Under the pieces are notes generated by a model. That model saw nothing but the letters and a program-made list of their open reading frames with translations, was not told where the DNA came from and did no database searches. 40,250 nt of DNA from NCBI GenBank assembly GCA_965218295.1, contig CBDCKN010000007.1, positions 1 through 40,250 on the forward strand, given 5' to 3'. The position numbers were made by a program, and so were the translations under genes. Origin of the DNA: Longimicrobiales bacterium. GTDB lineage: Bacteria > Gemmatimonadota > Gemmatimonadetes > Longimicrobiales > Gaopeijiaceae. Shown here piece after piece: positions 1-9,516 of the stretch; the stretch's first letter is position 1, and each line of letters begins with the position of its first letter.

Positions 1-380
1 CCGGTGCCGTTGCCGATGCTTTCACACTCTTTGAGAAGCTCGAGGAGAAGCTGGAGCGCTTTCCGGCCAACCTGACGAGGGCGGTAGTGGAACTCGCCAA
101 GGACTGGCGGATGGATCGTTACCTTCGGAGGCTAGACGCGCTTCTCCTCGTAGCAGACTCGAGCCACCTCTTCCTCGTAAGCGGGGAGGGCGAGGTCATC
201 GAGCCCGACGACGGACTTTTGGCCATCGGGTCGGGAGGCTCGTACGCCCTGGCCGCGGCGCGAGCGCTGATGGCTCACTCCGATCTATCGGCGGCTGAAA
301 CGGTGCGCAGGGCCCTGGAGATCGCTGGGGAGATCTGCATCTACACGAACCTGGAAGTCACGGTTCTGGAGCTGGGCTAG
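1..380 (+). CDS. hslV: ATP-dependent protease peptidase subunit HslV (5' truncated by window edge)
   Basis: Frame from nt 3 reads [14 protein letters not shown]...[18 protein letters not shown]...[16 protein letters not shown]...ICIYTN, typical HslV; directly upstream of hslU. Confidence 0.96.
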   Translation, partial: GAVADAFTLFEKLEEKLERFPANLTRAVVELAKDWRMDRYLRRLDALLLVADSSHLFLVSGEGEVIEPDDGLLAIGSGGSYALAAARALMAHSDLSAAETVRRALEIAGEICIYTNLEVTVLELG

Positions 381-544
381 TGTCCCGTTGCCAAAGTGTC
401 TCGGCCAGTCGAGGGCACGGTGCATCCGTGGGCTCGGCGTTGGGACTCCTTACCGTAGCTTGCGCTACGCCGCGTCGTCCCGCCTTGATCCCACGGCGCC
501 CCGACCCTCTTGGTGGCTCGCGAACTTCGGCAACGGAACACTAG
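377..544. mobile_element. 168-bp palindromic MITE-like element, full copy 1
   Basis: CTAG at both ends; 21-bp terminal inverted repeats ctagtgtcccgttgccaaagt / acttcggcaacggaacactag (2 mismatches); 162/168 identical to 5558-5725; no transposase. Confidence 0.9.
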
Positions 545-2079
545 TGTCCTCCAAAGTGGAAAACACGACCGAAGCGAACCTCCCGGTGGCTGTGGACGAG
601 ACTCGCGACGTCGCGCCCGAGATGCCGGAAGACGCCTGGCTGGACGAGCTGACGCCACGTCAGATCGCGGGTGAGCTCGACAAGTACATCATAGGGCAGG
701 ACGACGCCAAGAAGGCAGTGGCCATCGCGCTACGGAATCGGTGGCGTCGCCAGCGCGTGGAGGACGAGCTCAGAGAGGAGATCGTTCCCAACAACCTGAT
801 CCTCATCGGCCCGACGGGCGTCGGGAAGACCGAGATCGCCCGGCGCCTGGCCCGTCTGGCCGGAGCACCCTTCGTGAAGGTCGAGGCATCGAAGTACACC
901 GAAGTCGGCTACGTGGGAAGGGACGTGGAGTCCATGATCCGGGATCTTGTGGACGTGGCGGTGAACATGGTCCGGGCGGAGCGTGAGGACGAGGTGCAGG
1001 AGGTGGCGGACGCTCGTGCCGAGGAGAAGCTCCTGGACCTCCTCTTTCCGCCTCCGCCGGTGGCGACGCCTCGGGTGGAGAGCGCGCCAACGGGCGACGG
1101 AGAGGAAGGACGGCCTCACGTCTTCGTCGTGGGCCCCGGGGGTGTCGAGGCCCGGGACAGCACCGACGAGCAGGATTCGGGGGAGTCCCGGCGTGAGCGC
1201 ACCAGGGACAAGCTCCGCGGGCTGCTCCAGGACGGAAAGCTCGAGGAGCGTGAGGTCGAGATCGAGGTGTCGCAGACGCCCTCGCTGGAAGGGATGGTCG
1301 TCCCCATGGGCGGTGGCATGGAGGGAATGGACCACGGCTTCACCGAGATGCTCCAGGACATGCTGCCCAAGCGGAAGAAGAATCGGACGGTCTCAGTCGC
1401 CGAGGCACGTAGGATTCTCGTCCAGGACGAGCTCGATCGCCTGATCGACATGGACGAGGTCATCAACGAGGCGCTGATCCGGGCTGAGGACATGGGGATA
1501 GTCTTCCTCGACGAGATCGACAAGATTGCGGGAGACCGCGGCGGTGCCGGGCCCGACGTGAGCAGGGAGGGCGTGCAGCGGGACATCCTCCCCATCGTTG
1601 AGGGCTCCACCGTCCATACGAAGTACGGGCTGGTGCGCACCGATCATGTCCTCTTCATCGCGGCCGGCGCCTTTCACGTCGCGAAGCCCAGCGATCTCAT
1701 TCCGGAGCTCCAGGGCCGCTTTCCCATCCGTGTCGAGCTCAAGAGCCTCGGCGAGGCCGAGTTCGTCCGCATCCTCCAGGAGCCGAAGAACGCCCTGGTT
1801 CACCAGTACCGGGCGCTGGTCGAGACCGAAGGCGCTACGTTGGAGTTCACGACGGACGGTGTGGAGGAGATAGCCAGGATCGCCGCCGTCCTGAACGATC
1901 AGATGGAGAACATCGGGGCCCGGCGGCTGCAGACCGTTCTTACGACGCTTCTGGAGACGGTCCTCTACGACCTTCCCGAAGAGGGAGGCGACCGGGAGCT
2001 GGTGGTGGACCGCCAATTCGTGACGGAGAACCTGAGTGCCATCGTCGACGACGCGGACCTGAGGCGGTACATCCTCTAG
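544..2079 (+). CDS. hslU: ATP-dependent protease ATPase subunit HslU
   Basis: [32 protein letters not shown], Walker [32 protein letters not shown]-terminal DLRRYIL. Start put at GTG 544 (alternatives GTG 556, ATG 622); the ORF-track extension to 388 is the repeat element. Confidence 0.95.
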   Translation: MSSKVENTTEANLPVAVDETRDVAPEMPEDAWLDELTPRQIAGELDKYIIGQDDAKKAVAIALRNRWRRQRVEDELREEIVPNNLILIGPTGVGKTEIARRLARLAGAPFVKVEASKYTEVGYVGRDVESMIRDLVDVAVNMVRAEREDEVQEVADARAEEKLLDLLFPPPPVATPRVESAPTGDGEEGRPHVFVVGPGGVEARDSTDEQDSGESRRERTRDKLRGLLQDGKLEEREVEIEVSQTPSLEGMVVPMGGGMEGMDHGFTEMLQDMLPKRKKNRTVSVAEARRILVQDELDRLIDMDEVINEALIRAEDMGIVFLDEIDKIAGDRGGAGPDVSREGVQRDILPIVEGSTVHTKYGLVRTDHVLFIAAGAFHVAKPSDLIPELQGRFPIRVELKSLGEAEFVRILQEPKNALVHQYRALVETEGATLEFTTDGVEEIARIAAVLNDQMENIGARRLQTVLTTLLETVLYDLPEEGGDRELVVDRQFVTENLSAIVDDADLRRYIL

Positions 2080-2096
2080 GATGGTGTCCGAGTAGT
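2076..2096. repeat. Putative MITE terminal-repeat remnant (subtype B) at the hslU stop codon
   Basis: ctaggatggtgtccgagtagt is 17/21 identical to the element end at 20655-20675 and begins at the CTAG containing the hslU stop. Confidence 0.5.
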
Positions 2097-2306
2097 AATG
2101 GGGCGCGGCACCCCTCGAATTCGGTTCCGCCACCACCGGATCGCCCATGTTTTTCACGGCTTTTCGCGCTCACCCTGCCAGAATGGCCGAACGCCCTACC
2201 CCGGGGACATCCCCTGTGATACCTTGGTTTTCCGACTCATGAGTTACTCCGGGAGGCCCTCCGGGCCCTCCCGCGATTGATCCTCGAATTTCGATACCGA
2301 GAGAAC

Positions 2307-3416
2307 ATGGACGACACCTTGAAGCGGACTCCCCTCCACGCCGAGCACGTCGCGCTGGGCGGCAAGATGGTCCCCTTCGCCGGGTACGAAATGCCCGTCC
2401 AGTATCCGGCCGGCATTACGGCCGAACACGAGGCTGTGCGCACGACGGCAGGGCTCTTCGACGCCTCGCATATGGGGGAGTTTGTGGTGTGGGGTCCCCA
2501 GGCCCTGGATCTGATCCAAAAAGTCAGCGTCAACGACGCTTCACGCCTGGCGGTGGGCCAGTGCCAGTACACGGCCCTGTGTCTCGAAAGTGGCGGCATT
2601 CTCGACGACTTCCTCGTCTACCGCATGGCAGATCGGTACATGCTGGTGGTGAACGCGTCGCGCCGAGACGAGGACTGGGATTGGCTCACCCGCCACGCGG
2701 CCGACCTGGAGGTGGAGCTCGAGGACCGATCCGAGGAAACCGCCCTTCTCGCGCTCCAGGGCCCCAGGGCCCAGGAGGTCCTCGTCCCCCTGACTGACGC
2801 GAACCTGGATGAAGTCGGGTACTACCGGTTCACCGAGAGCTCGGTAGCGGGCTTCCCGGCCATCATCAGCCGCACTGGCTACACGGGTGAAGACGGCTTC
2901 GAGCTCTACGTCGCATCCGACGATGCCGCTGCACTGTGGCGAAGGCTCCTGGAAGACGGGCGAGGTGTGGGGCTGCGACCGGCCGGACTCGGCGCTCGCG
3001 ACTCCCTCCGCCTCGAGGTGGGATTCGCCCTGTACGGCAACGACCTCGATACGGAGCACACGCCGCTCGAGGCTCGCCTGTGCTGGCTCGTGAAGCTCGA
3101 CAAGGAAGATTTCGTCGGCCGCGACGTGCTGGTTCGGCAGAAGGAGGACGGCGTGCCCCGTCATCTGGTGGGGATCCGGCTCACGGAACGGGGCTTTCCG
3201 CGTCCGGGATATCCCATCGTGCACGAGGAGAACGACGTGGGAACGGTCACCAGTGGCACCGTGGGCCCCACATTGGGCTACGGCATCGCCATGGGCTACG
3301 TCCCCGGCGAGCTGTCGGCGCCGGACACGCCTCTCGGAGTCCGGGTGAGAGACAAAGTGATCCCCGGTGTCGTGCAGCGTCCCCCTTTCTATACGGAGGG
3401 CTCGGTCCGTAGCTGA
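2307..3416 (+). CDS. gcvT: Glycine cleavage system aminomethyltransferase T
   Basis: LKRTPLH...[51 protein letters not shown]; start placed at ATG 2307. Confidence 0.96.
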   Translation: MDDTLKRTPLHAEHVALGGKMVPFAGYEMPVQYPAGITAEHEAVRTTAGLFDASHMGEFVVWGPQALDLIQKVSVNDASRLAVGQCQYTALCLESGGILDDFLVYRMADRYMLVVNASRRDEDWDWLTRHAADLEVELEDRSEETALLALQGPRAQEVLVPLTDANLDEVGYYRFTESSVAGFPAIISRTGYTGEDGFELYVASDDAAALWRRLLEDGRGVGLRPAGLGARDSLRLEVGFALYGNDLDTEHTPLEARLCWLVKLDKEDFVGRDVLVRQKEDGVPRHLVGIRLTERGFPRPGYPIVHEENDVGTVTSGTVGPTLGYGIAMGYVPGELSAPDTPLGVRVRDKVIPGVVQRPPFYTEGSVRS

Positions 3417-3435
3417 GCTGAGCGGGAGAATCGGC

Positions 3436-3936
3436 ATGCGGGTGGCGATCCTGACGGTGAGCGACGGCTGCTTCCGGGGCGAGCGGGAGGACCGGAGCGG
3501 CGATGTCATCGCCGAGTGGTGTGCCCGCCTCGACTACGAGCTGGCAGACCGTGTCGTCGTCCCCGACGAGAGCCAGGAGATCGTCCCCCGACTCGTGGGA
3601 TGGGCGGACTCCGGAGAGGTGGATGTGGTGCTGACAACCGGCGGCACCGGGTTCTCGCCCCGGGACGTGACCCCGGAGGCGACTCGGAGCGTGCTCGACA
3701 AAGAGGCGCCGGGCCTGGCGGAGGCCATGCGGCGTAAGGGTCTCCCCGAGACACCTAGCGCGGTGCTTTCCCGGGGGCTCGCGGGCTCGCGGGGCACGAC
3801 CTTCGTAGCGAACCTCCCTGGGAGTCCCGGGGGTGTTCGGGACGGGCTCGAAGTCCTGGAGGGGCTCCTGCCGCACGTGTTGGACCTCCTCCGGGGCGAG
3901 ACGGCGCACCATCCTCGATCGGCGAGCCAAGCATGA
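3436..3936 (+). CDS. MogA/MoaB family molybdenum cofactor biosynthesis protein
   Basis: [10 protein letters not shown]...[36 protein letters not shown] motifs. Confidence 0.92.
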   Translation: MRVAILTVSDGCFRGEREDRSGDVIAEWCARLDYELADRVVVPDESQEIVPRLVGWADSGEVDVVLTTGGTGFSPRDVTPEATRSVLDKEAPGLAEAMRRKGLPETPSAVLSRGLAGSRGTTFVANLPGSPGGVRDGLEVLEGLLPHVLDLLRGETAHHPRSASQA

Positions 3937-5561
3937 GCGGCGATACCGAAGGCAGGGTGCTCGTCTCCACGCACGACCTGGAACGGGCCGGGGCACTTCG
4001 GACGGCCCTCCAGGGCGCCGGATATACGGTGGAGCTCGTCACCGCCGGTGAGGACGTGAGCGGCGACATGCCTATCCAGCTCTTGGTGATCACCGCCCAG
4101 GCGGACTCGCCGTCTGCCCATGACCTGCGTAACCAGGCGGGTGTCGCCTCCCAAGCACCCGCCTTCGCCATCGCAGACGATCCAGAGGCCGTGCCCCGCC
4201 TTTCGGTCGATTACTCCGAAGTCTTCACCCCGGGCACCCGTCCCGACGAGGTGGTGTTCGTGGCCCGCTCGCTGATCGAGCGCCGGCGTCTGCAGGCCAT
4301 GGCGGGCATCGTGGGCGAGACGGATGCCATCAAGGAGGCGTTGGAGCGAGTTGTCCAGTTCGCTCCCGTGAGCTCCACCGTCCTCGTCACGGGAGAGTCA
4401 GGCACGGGGAAGGAGCTCATCGCCCGAGGCATTCATCACCTCTCGCCCAGAAGGCACAGGCCCTTCATCGCCGTCAACGTGGCCGCCCTGGCCGAGACGC
4501 TGCTGGAAAGTGAGCTCTTCGGGCACGAGAAGGGCGCCTTCACCGGCGCTATCGACTCCAGGCGGGGTCTCTTCGAGCTTGCAGACAGAGGGACCATCTT
4601 CCTGGACGAGATCGGCGAGATGCCCCGGGCCACGCAGACCAAGCTCCTTCGCGTGCTTGAGCAGAAGGAGTTCCATCGGGTCGGTGGGGAAGCCGTGATC
4701 CGTGTCGACGTCCGCATCGTCGCTGCCACGAACCAGGATCTGAAGCAGTTGGTGGCCGTGGGCCAGTTCAGGCAGGACCTCTTCTACCGGTTGAACGTGC
4801 TCCACATCGAGCTCCCGCCGCTCCGCCACCGCCGAGAAGATATCCCCCTCCTGGTGGAGGCTTTCATCGAAGATGCAAGCGCCCGCCACGACCGGACGTT
4901 CGAGGGGATCTCGCCGGAGGCCATGAAGATCCTCCAGGAGCATTATTGGCCCGGCAACATTCGGGAGCTACACAACCTCGTCGAGAGCATGGTGGTTCTG
5001 GCTCCGGGTCGTGAGGTGCTGCCCAAAGACATTCCCAGGGAAGTTCAGGGCCTGGAGAAGGGCGTGGGTGCGCTGGTCCCGGTCGGGTCGGGGAGCGGCC
5101 AGCCCGGCGAGGCCGTCACCGGTCCGGGGCTCCGACCCGAGCTGGAGTTCATTTTCCGGACCCTCGTGGACCTTCGTATGGACGTGGACGACCTGAGGCA
5201 GGAGTTCGACGTCTATCGGGACGGGAGTGCGGCCATTCAGGCTTACCCGGTGGGCACCGAGAGGGTGGAGATCGGGGTGCGGCGTCGGGGGACGACGGTA
5301 GGGGACACGTGGGCAGTGGAGGAAGAGGTAGATCCGTTCCGGCCCGTCGAGGTGTCCTATGGGGCCGATCCCGTGGAGGTGGAGCAGCCGGGTACGGTCA
5401 TCTACCGCTCGGGGATGACCATGGAGGACCTGGAGCGCGAGGCTATCGCCGCAGCGCTGGCCGAGGTGCGAGGAAACCGTCGCAAGGCAGCGCAGCTACT
5501 CGCCATCGGCGAGCGCACGCTATACCGCAAGATCAAGAAATTCGGGCTCGACGAGGACTAG
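3933..5561 (+). CDS. Sigma-54-dependent transcriptional activator (bEBP; degenerate receiver-like N-terminus, AAA+, Fis-type HTH)
   Basis: [51 protein letters not shown]-terminal [26 protein letters not shown]. Confidence 0.95.
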   Translation: MSGDTEGRVLVSTHDLERAGALRTALQGAGYTVELVTAGEDVSGDMPIQLLVITAQADSPSAHDLRNQAGVASQAPAFAIADDPEAVPRLSVDYSEVFTPGTRPDEVVFVARSLIERRRLQAMAGIVGETDAIKEALERVVQFAPVSSTVLVTGESGTGKELIARGIHHLSPRRHRPFIAVNVAALAETLLESELFGHEKGAFTGAIDSRRGLFELADRGTIFLDEIGEMPRATQTKLLRVLEQKEFHRVGGEAVIRVDVRIVAATNQDLKQLVAVGQFRQDLFYRLNVLHIELPPLRHRREDIPLLVEAFIEDASARHDRTFEGISPEAMKILQEHYWPGNIRELHNLVESMVVLAPGREVLPKDIPREVQGLEKGVGALVPVGSGSGQPGEAVTGPGLRPELEFIFRTLVDLRMDVDDLRQEFDVYRDGSAAIQAYPVGTERVEIGVRRRGTTVGDTWAVEEEVDPFRPVEVSYGADPVEVEQPGTVIYRSGMTMEDLEREAIAAALAEVRGNRRKAAQLLAIGERTLYRKIKKFGLDED

Positions 5562-5725
5562 AGTCCCGTTTCCGAAGTGTCTCGGCCAGTCGAGGGCACG
5601 GTGCATCCGTGGGCTCGGCGTTGGAACTCCTTACCGTAGCTTGCGTTACGCCGCGTCGTCCCGCCTTGATCCCACGGCGCCCCGACCCTCTTGGTGGCTC
5701 GCGAACTTCGGAAACGGAACACTAG
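5558..5725. mobile_element. 168-bp palindromic MITE-like element, full copy 2
   Basis: Same length and 162/168 identity to 377-544; each terminal CTAG supplies the stop codon of one of two convergent genes. Confidence 0.9.
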
Positions 5726-6348
5726 AGCGGACTTCCGATGCGGCCGCGAACGCGCGCCCGCTCCAGCTCGAGCCGCGTCACGATGCCCTCCCAGGACGTG
5801 TCCCTGGCGCCCTCGTACTCCACCGTCAACGTGATCTCTAGATCGATGGCCGGGTTGAAGGCATAGACCGCCATCTGGATTTCTTCTTGTCGGAGGCGCT
5901 GCTCGCCCCATCCGGGAGTGATGGCGCGGATGGCCTCGGGCCGGTAGCGGAGCCCGCCGTTCACAATGTGCAGGCTCTCCGGCTCGTAGCGCACCGTCGG
6001 GTCGCGGGTGAAGAACGAGACGAGGAAGAGGGAGGAGTCGGCGCCGGCCTGGGACCGGAGGACCGGGCGGCTCGACCGGGCTAGCCCCGCCAGTCTCTCG
6101 TAGGTGTCGGGAGCGGCAAGACGGATCACGGACTCCGCCAGGGGAGTCACCTTCACGCGCAACGCTCCACTCTCGAGCGTGAGGGTGAACTCGTCCTGGA
6201 TCATCGTCCCGTAGCCCGCGGGCACCAGGACCCGCTCGCTCGCGGGGCCGGCAGGCTGCCCAGCGCTCGCCGCAGTGCCCACTCCACCGCAGGCTGTGAT
6301 AGCAGCCAGGGTCAGCATCAGAGCGTAAGTGGGGAGTCGGGTCCTCAT
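5722..6348 (-). CDS. Hypothetical protein, probable lipoprotein
   Basis: MRTRLPTYALMLTLAAITAC-GG signal peptide with lipobox-like ITAC; start overlaps the engB stop (ATGA). Confidence 0.7.
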   Translation of the reverse strand: MRTRLPTYALMLTLAAITACGGVGTAASAGQPAGPASERVLVPAGYGTMIQDEFTLTLESGALRVKVTPLAESVIRLAAPDTYERLAGLARSSRPVLRSQAGADSSLFLVSFFTRDPTVRYEPESLHIVNGGLRYRPEAIRAITPGWGEQRLRQEEIQMAVYAFNPAIDLEITLTVEYEGARDTSWEGIVTRLELERARVRGRIGSPL

Positions 6349-6950
6349 ACGTCCAACTCCTCCGGGCCCACCAGGCTCTCCAGGGCCGCCAGGAGCTCCT
6401 CGCGTCCCTCACCCGTCTTTGCGGAGAACGCGAGCAGTTGCTCTTCTTCCAGGCCCAGATGATCCATGGCCGTCGTGACGGCACGCTCGCGCTGTGTCTT
6501 CTTCAGTTTGTCCATCTTGGTCAGAACCACCAACGTCGGCAGTCTTCTTGTGGCTAGAAATGCGACCATCTGCCGATCCGTGGGTGTGGGGTCGTGACGC
6601 GCGTCTACTAGGTGTACGATGCCTCGGAGCATCCGTTCCCCTTCGAGGTATTGCTCGATCAGGGCCTTCCACGAATCCCGGACTTTCGCCGAGACCTTCG
6701 CGTATCCGAATCCCGGGAGATCGACGAGGAAGAAGTGATCGTTGACCCGGTAGAAGTTCAGGGATTGGGTCTTCCCCGGTGCGGCTGAGACCCGGGCCAG
6801 CTTCTTTCGCGTTCGCCGGAGGAGAACGTTGATCAGCGACGACTTCCCGACGTTGGACCGCCCCGAGAAGGCGACGTGTGGGAGATCCCCGGGGGCGGGC
6901 TCACCGGGCACGTACACGCTCCCGGCGAACTCCACCGTCCTGACCTTCAT
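6345..6950 (-). CDS. engB: Ribosome biogenesis GTP-binding protein YihA/YsxC (EngB)
   Basis: GRSNVGKSSLIN, PGKTQ, DLPGFGYAKVS, TKMDKL; usual position downstream of lon. Confidence 0.95.
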   Translation of the reverse strand: MKVRTVEFAGSVYVPGEPAPGDLPHVAFSGRSNVGKSSLINVLLRRTRKKLARVSAAPGKTQSLNFYRVNDHFFLVDLPGFGYAKVSAKVRDSWKALIEQYLEGERMLRGIVHLVDARHDPTPTDRQMVAFLATRRLPTLVVLTKMDKLKKTQRERAVTTAMDHLGLEEEQLLAFSAKTGEGREELLAALESLVGPEELDV

Positions 6951-6951
6951 G

Positions 6952-9390
6952 CTACTGGGAAAGCTGAGTGCCCAGGTTCGCCCCGCCCTCCAGAACGCTC
7001 CTGCGCGGCTGGGGCAGCGCGAACAGGGCCTCGGTGAGGACCTCGTCCATCGTGCTTACGGCGACGAACTCGAGGCCTTGCACGATCTCCTCCGGGAGGA
7101 GCTCGAGCTGGGCGACGTTGGCGGTGGGCAGGATGACCTTGTGCAGGCCCTCACGCAGGGCGGCCACGACCTTCTCCTTGATGCCTCCCACGGCGAGGAT
7201 CCGTCCCCGCAGCGTGATCTCTCCGGTCATGGCGATGTCGCCACGAGAGGGAGTGCCGGTGAGGGCGGAGATCAGCGCGGTAGCGATGGTAATGCCTGCC
7301 GACGGCCCGTCTTTCGGCGTCGCCCCTTCGGGAATGTGGATGTGGATGTCCACGTCCTTGTGGAACTGGGGGTCGAGCCCGAGCCGGCTCGCCCTTGAGC
7401 GGGCGTAGGTGACGGCAGCGAAGGCGGACTCTTTCATGACGTCGCCCAGGGTTCCGGTGAGTTGGACCTGGCCGCTCCCGGGGACGACGGCCACCTCCAC
7501 GTCCAGCACCTCACCCCCGGCTTCGGTCCAGGCCAGGCCGTTGGCCATGCCGCAGCGCTCGGCCTCCTCCTGCTCCTGCTGCTGCTCCTCCTTGCTGCGA
7601 CCCAGATACCGGGGCGGTCCCAGGAGATCCTTCAGATCTTCGCTGCCCACCGCCAGGGGCCCCTCCGCAGCCTTGTCCCGCTCCGCCTGCCTGCGGGCGA
7701 CCTTCCGGGCGATACGAGAGATGCGACGATCCAGCTCCCGCACGCCCGCCTCGCGAGTGTACTGGCGAATGATCCCCTTGGCGGCCGCCTCGGTGAGGGC
7801 CACTTCTCCGGGGTCCAGGCTGTGACGTCGAGCCTGCTGGGGCCAGAGGAAGCGGAGACCGATGGCCAGCTTCTCCGTGTCCAGGTAGCCGGGCAGGCGG
7901 ATGATCTCCATGCGGTCGCGGAGCGGGTCCGGGATTCCGGCCAGGGTGTTGGCCGTCGTCACGAAGAACACGTCGGAGAGGTCGTATTCCAACTCGAGGT
8001 AGTGATCCGTGAATGACTTGTTCTGCTCCGGGTCCAGGACCTCGAGAAGGGCGGCTCCGGGATCGCCGTGGAAGTCGCGGGCGAGCTTGTCCACCTCGTC
8101 CAGGAGAAAGACCGGATTGACCGTTCCACTGCGTCGCATCCCCTGAAGCACGCGTCCGGGCAGGGCCCCCACGTAGGTACGCCGGTGTCCCCGGATCTCG
8201 GCCTCGTCGCGGATACCGCCCAAGCTCACCCTCACGAACTCCCGCCCCAGGGCATCGGCGACGCTCCGCCCCAGCGAAGTCTTGCCGACGCCGGGAGGGC
8301 CCACCAGGCACAGGATGGGCCCCTTCAGCTCACCGACCAGGGAGAGCACGGCGATGTGATCGAGGATGCGCTCCTTGACCTCATCGAGGCCATAGTGGGC
8401 CTCATCCAGGACCTCTGTCGCGTGCTCGATGTCGAGATTGTCTTCGCGTCGCTCCGTCCACGGAAGCCCTAGGATCCAGTCGAGGTACGTCCGGATCACG
8501 GCCGCTTCGGGAGCCACCGGGCTCAGCTTCTCCAGTCGGCCAAGCTCACGCTCGGCGCGCTCGCGCGCGTGCTCGGGCAGCGTCATCGACACAAACTTGG
8601 CGGCGAGGTCGGACCACTCCTCGCTGGGATCGGAGCCCAGCTCCTGGTGGATGGCCTTCAGCTGCTCCTGCAGGTACAGCTGCCGGCGATCCGAGTCCAT
8701 CTGCATGCGGATCTGGGCATCCAGCTTCTCCTCGATGCGGAGGATCTCCAGCTCGCGGACCAGGATCTCCCTGAGGAGTCCGAAGTAGGCCGGGACGGTG
8801 GGCGCCTCCAGGAGCTCCTGCTTCTCGTGGGGGAGGACGAGGAGGTGTCCTGAGATCAGATGCGCCAGGCGCAGCCGGTCTCCGTCCAGCGAAATCGACG
8901 CCAAAAGCTCGTCCGGCATCCGGTCGCTGAGCCGTACGTACTCGTTGAAGAGCCGTACTACGCCCTGGGCAAGGGCTTCATCCTCGTTGGACTCCGGAGA
9001 GGTGGCCGCCTCCTCGGGGACGAAGGGCTCGACGGACGCCCTGAACCCCGAGTCGGACGGCAGAAAGCGGCGAACCCGACCCCGACCGAGGCCCTCGAGG
9101 ACCACGCGCGCATTCCCGTCGGGAATCCTCGACACCTGGAGGATGCGGGCGACGGTGCCGACGCGACGGATGTCGTTCCGCCCGGGGTCCTCCACCTGAA
9201 CATCCTTCTGGGCCAACAGCAAAATGTAGCCGTCGCCCTCTTCGGCAGCCTCGAGGGCAGCCAGCGAAGGCGGACGGCCGATGAGGATAGGCAGGACCAT
9301 GTACGGGAAGAAGACCAGATCCCGGAGGGCCACTACGGGAAGTTGGTCTGGGATCTCGTATGTCTGATCGACCCGGATCAGCGTGGCCAT
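6952..9390 (-). CDS. lon: Endopeptidase La (Lon protease)
   Basis: LPVVALRDLVFFP N-domain, GPPGVGKTS, GHRRTYVGALPG, LLDEVDK, catalytic PKDGPSAG and GGIKEK. Confidence 0.97.
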   Translation of the reverse strand: MATLIRVDQTYEIPDQLPVVALRDLVFFPYMVLPILIGRPPSLAALEAAEEGDGYILLLAQKDVQVEDPGRNDIRRVGTVARILQVSRIPDGNARVVLEGLGRGRVRRFLPSDSGFRASVEPFVPEEAATSPESNEDEALAQGVVRLFNEYVRLSDRMPDELLASISLDGDRLRLAHLISGHLLVLPHEKQELLEAPTVPAYFGLLREILVRELEILRIEEKLDAQIRMQMDSDRRQLYLQEQLKAIHQELGSDPSEEWSDLAAKFVSMTLPEHARERAERELGRLEKLSPVAPEAAVIRTYLDWILGLPWTERREDNLDIEHATEVLDEAHYGLDEVKERILDHIAVLSLVGELKGPILCLVGPPGVGKTSLGRSVADALGREFVRVSLGGIRDEAEIRGHRRTYVGALPGRVLQGMRRSGTVNPVFLLDEVDKLARDFHGDPGAALLEVLDPEQNKSFTDHYLELEYDLSDVFFVTTANTLAGIPDPLRDRMEIIRLPGYLDTEKLAIGLRFLWPQQARRHSLDPGEVALTEAAAKGIIRQYTREAGVRELDRRISRIARKVARRQAERDKAAEGPLAVGSEDLKDLLGPPRYLGRSKEEQQQEQEEAERCGMANGLAWTEAGGEVLDVEVAVVPGSGQVQLTGTLGDVMKESAFAAVTYARSRASRLGLDPQFHKDVDIHIHIPEGATPKDGPSAGITIATALISALTGTPSRGDIAMTGEITLRGRILAVGGIKEKVVAALREGLHKVILPTANVAQLELLPEEIVQGLEFVAVSTMDEVLTEALFALPQPRRSVLEGGANLGTQLSQ

Positions 9391-9516
9391 TCGGCTCCTG
9401 GGAGCTGCGTCAGTTCGGTCGGACAGACCGCCGTTTCGGCGTCGCCGCGGACGCGCGCTATCCTACTCCGGGAAACAGATGTGGGGAAGGGCTGCCCGGA
9501 AGGCGCGTCGGGCCGG

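Noticed and set aside
388..543. 52-residue N-terminal extension of HslU in the ORF track
   Set aside because: It is the translated repeat element; the same peptide appears at 5641-5725 and 14653-14708
2080..2306. Glycine riboswitch upstream of gcvT
   Set aside because: The conserved aptamer motifs (GGAGAG...CCGAAG...CTCTCAGG) are not visible
7565..7595. Q/E-rich microrepeat in lon (EEQQQEQEE)
   Set aside because: Short low-complexity linker between AAA+ and protease domains, in frame
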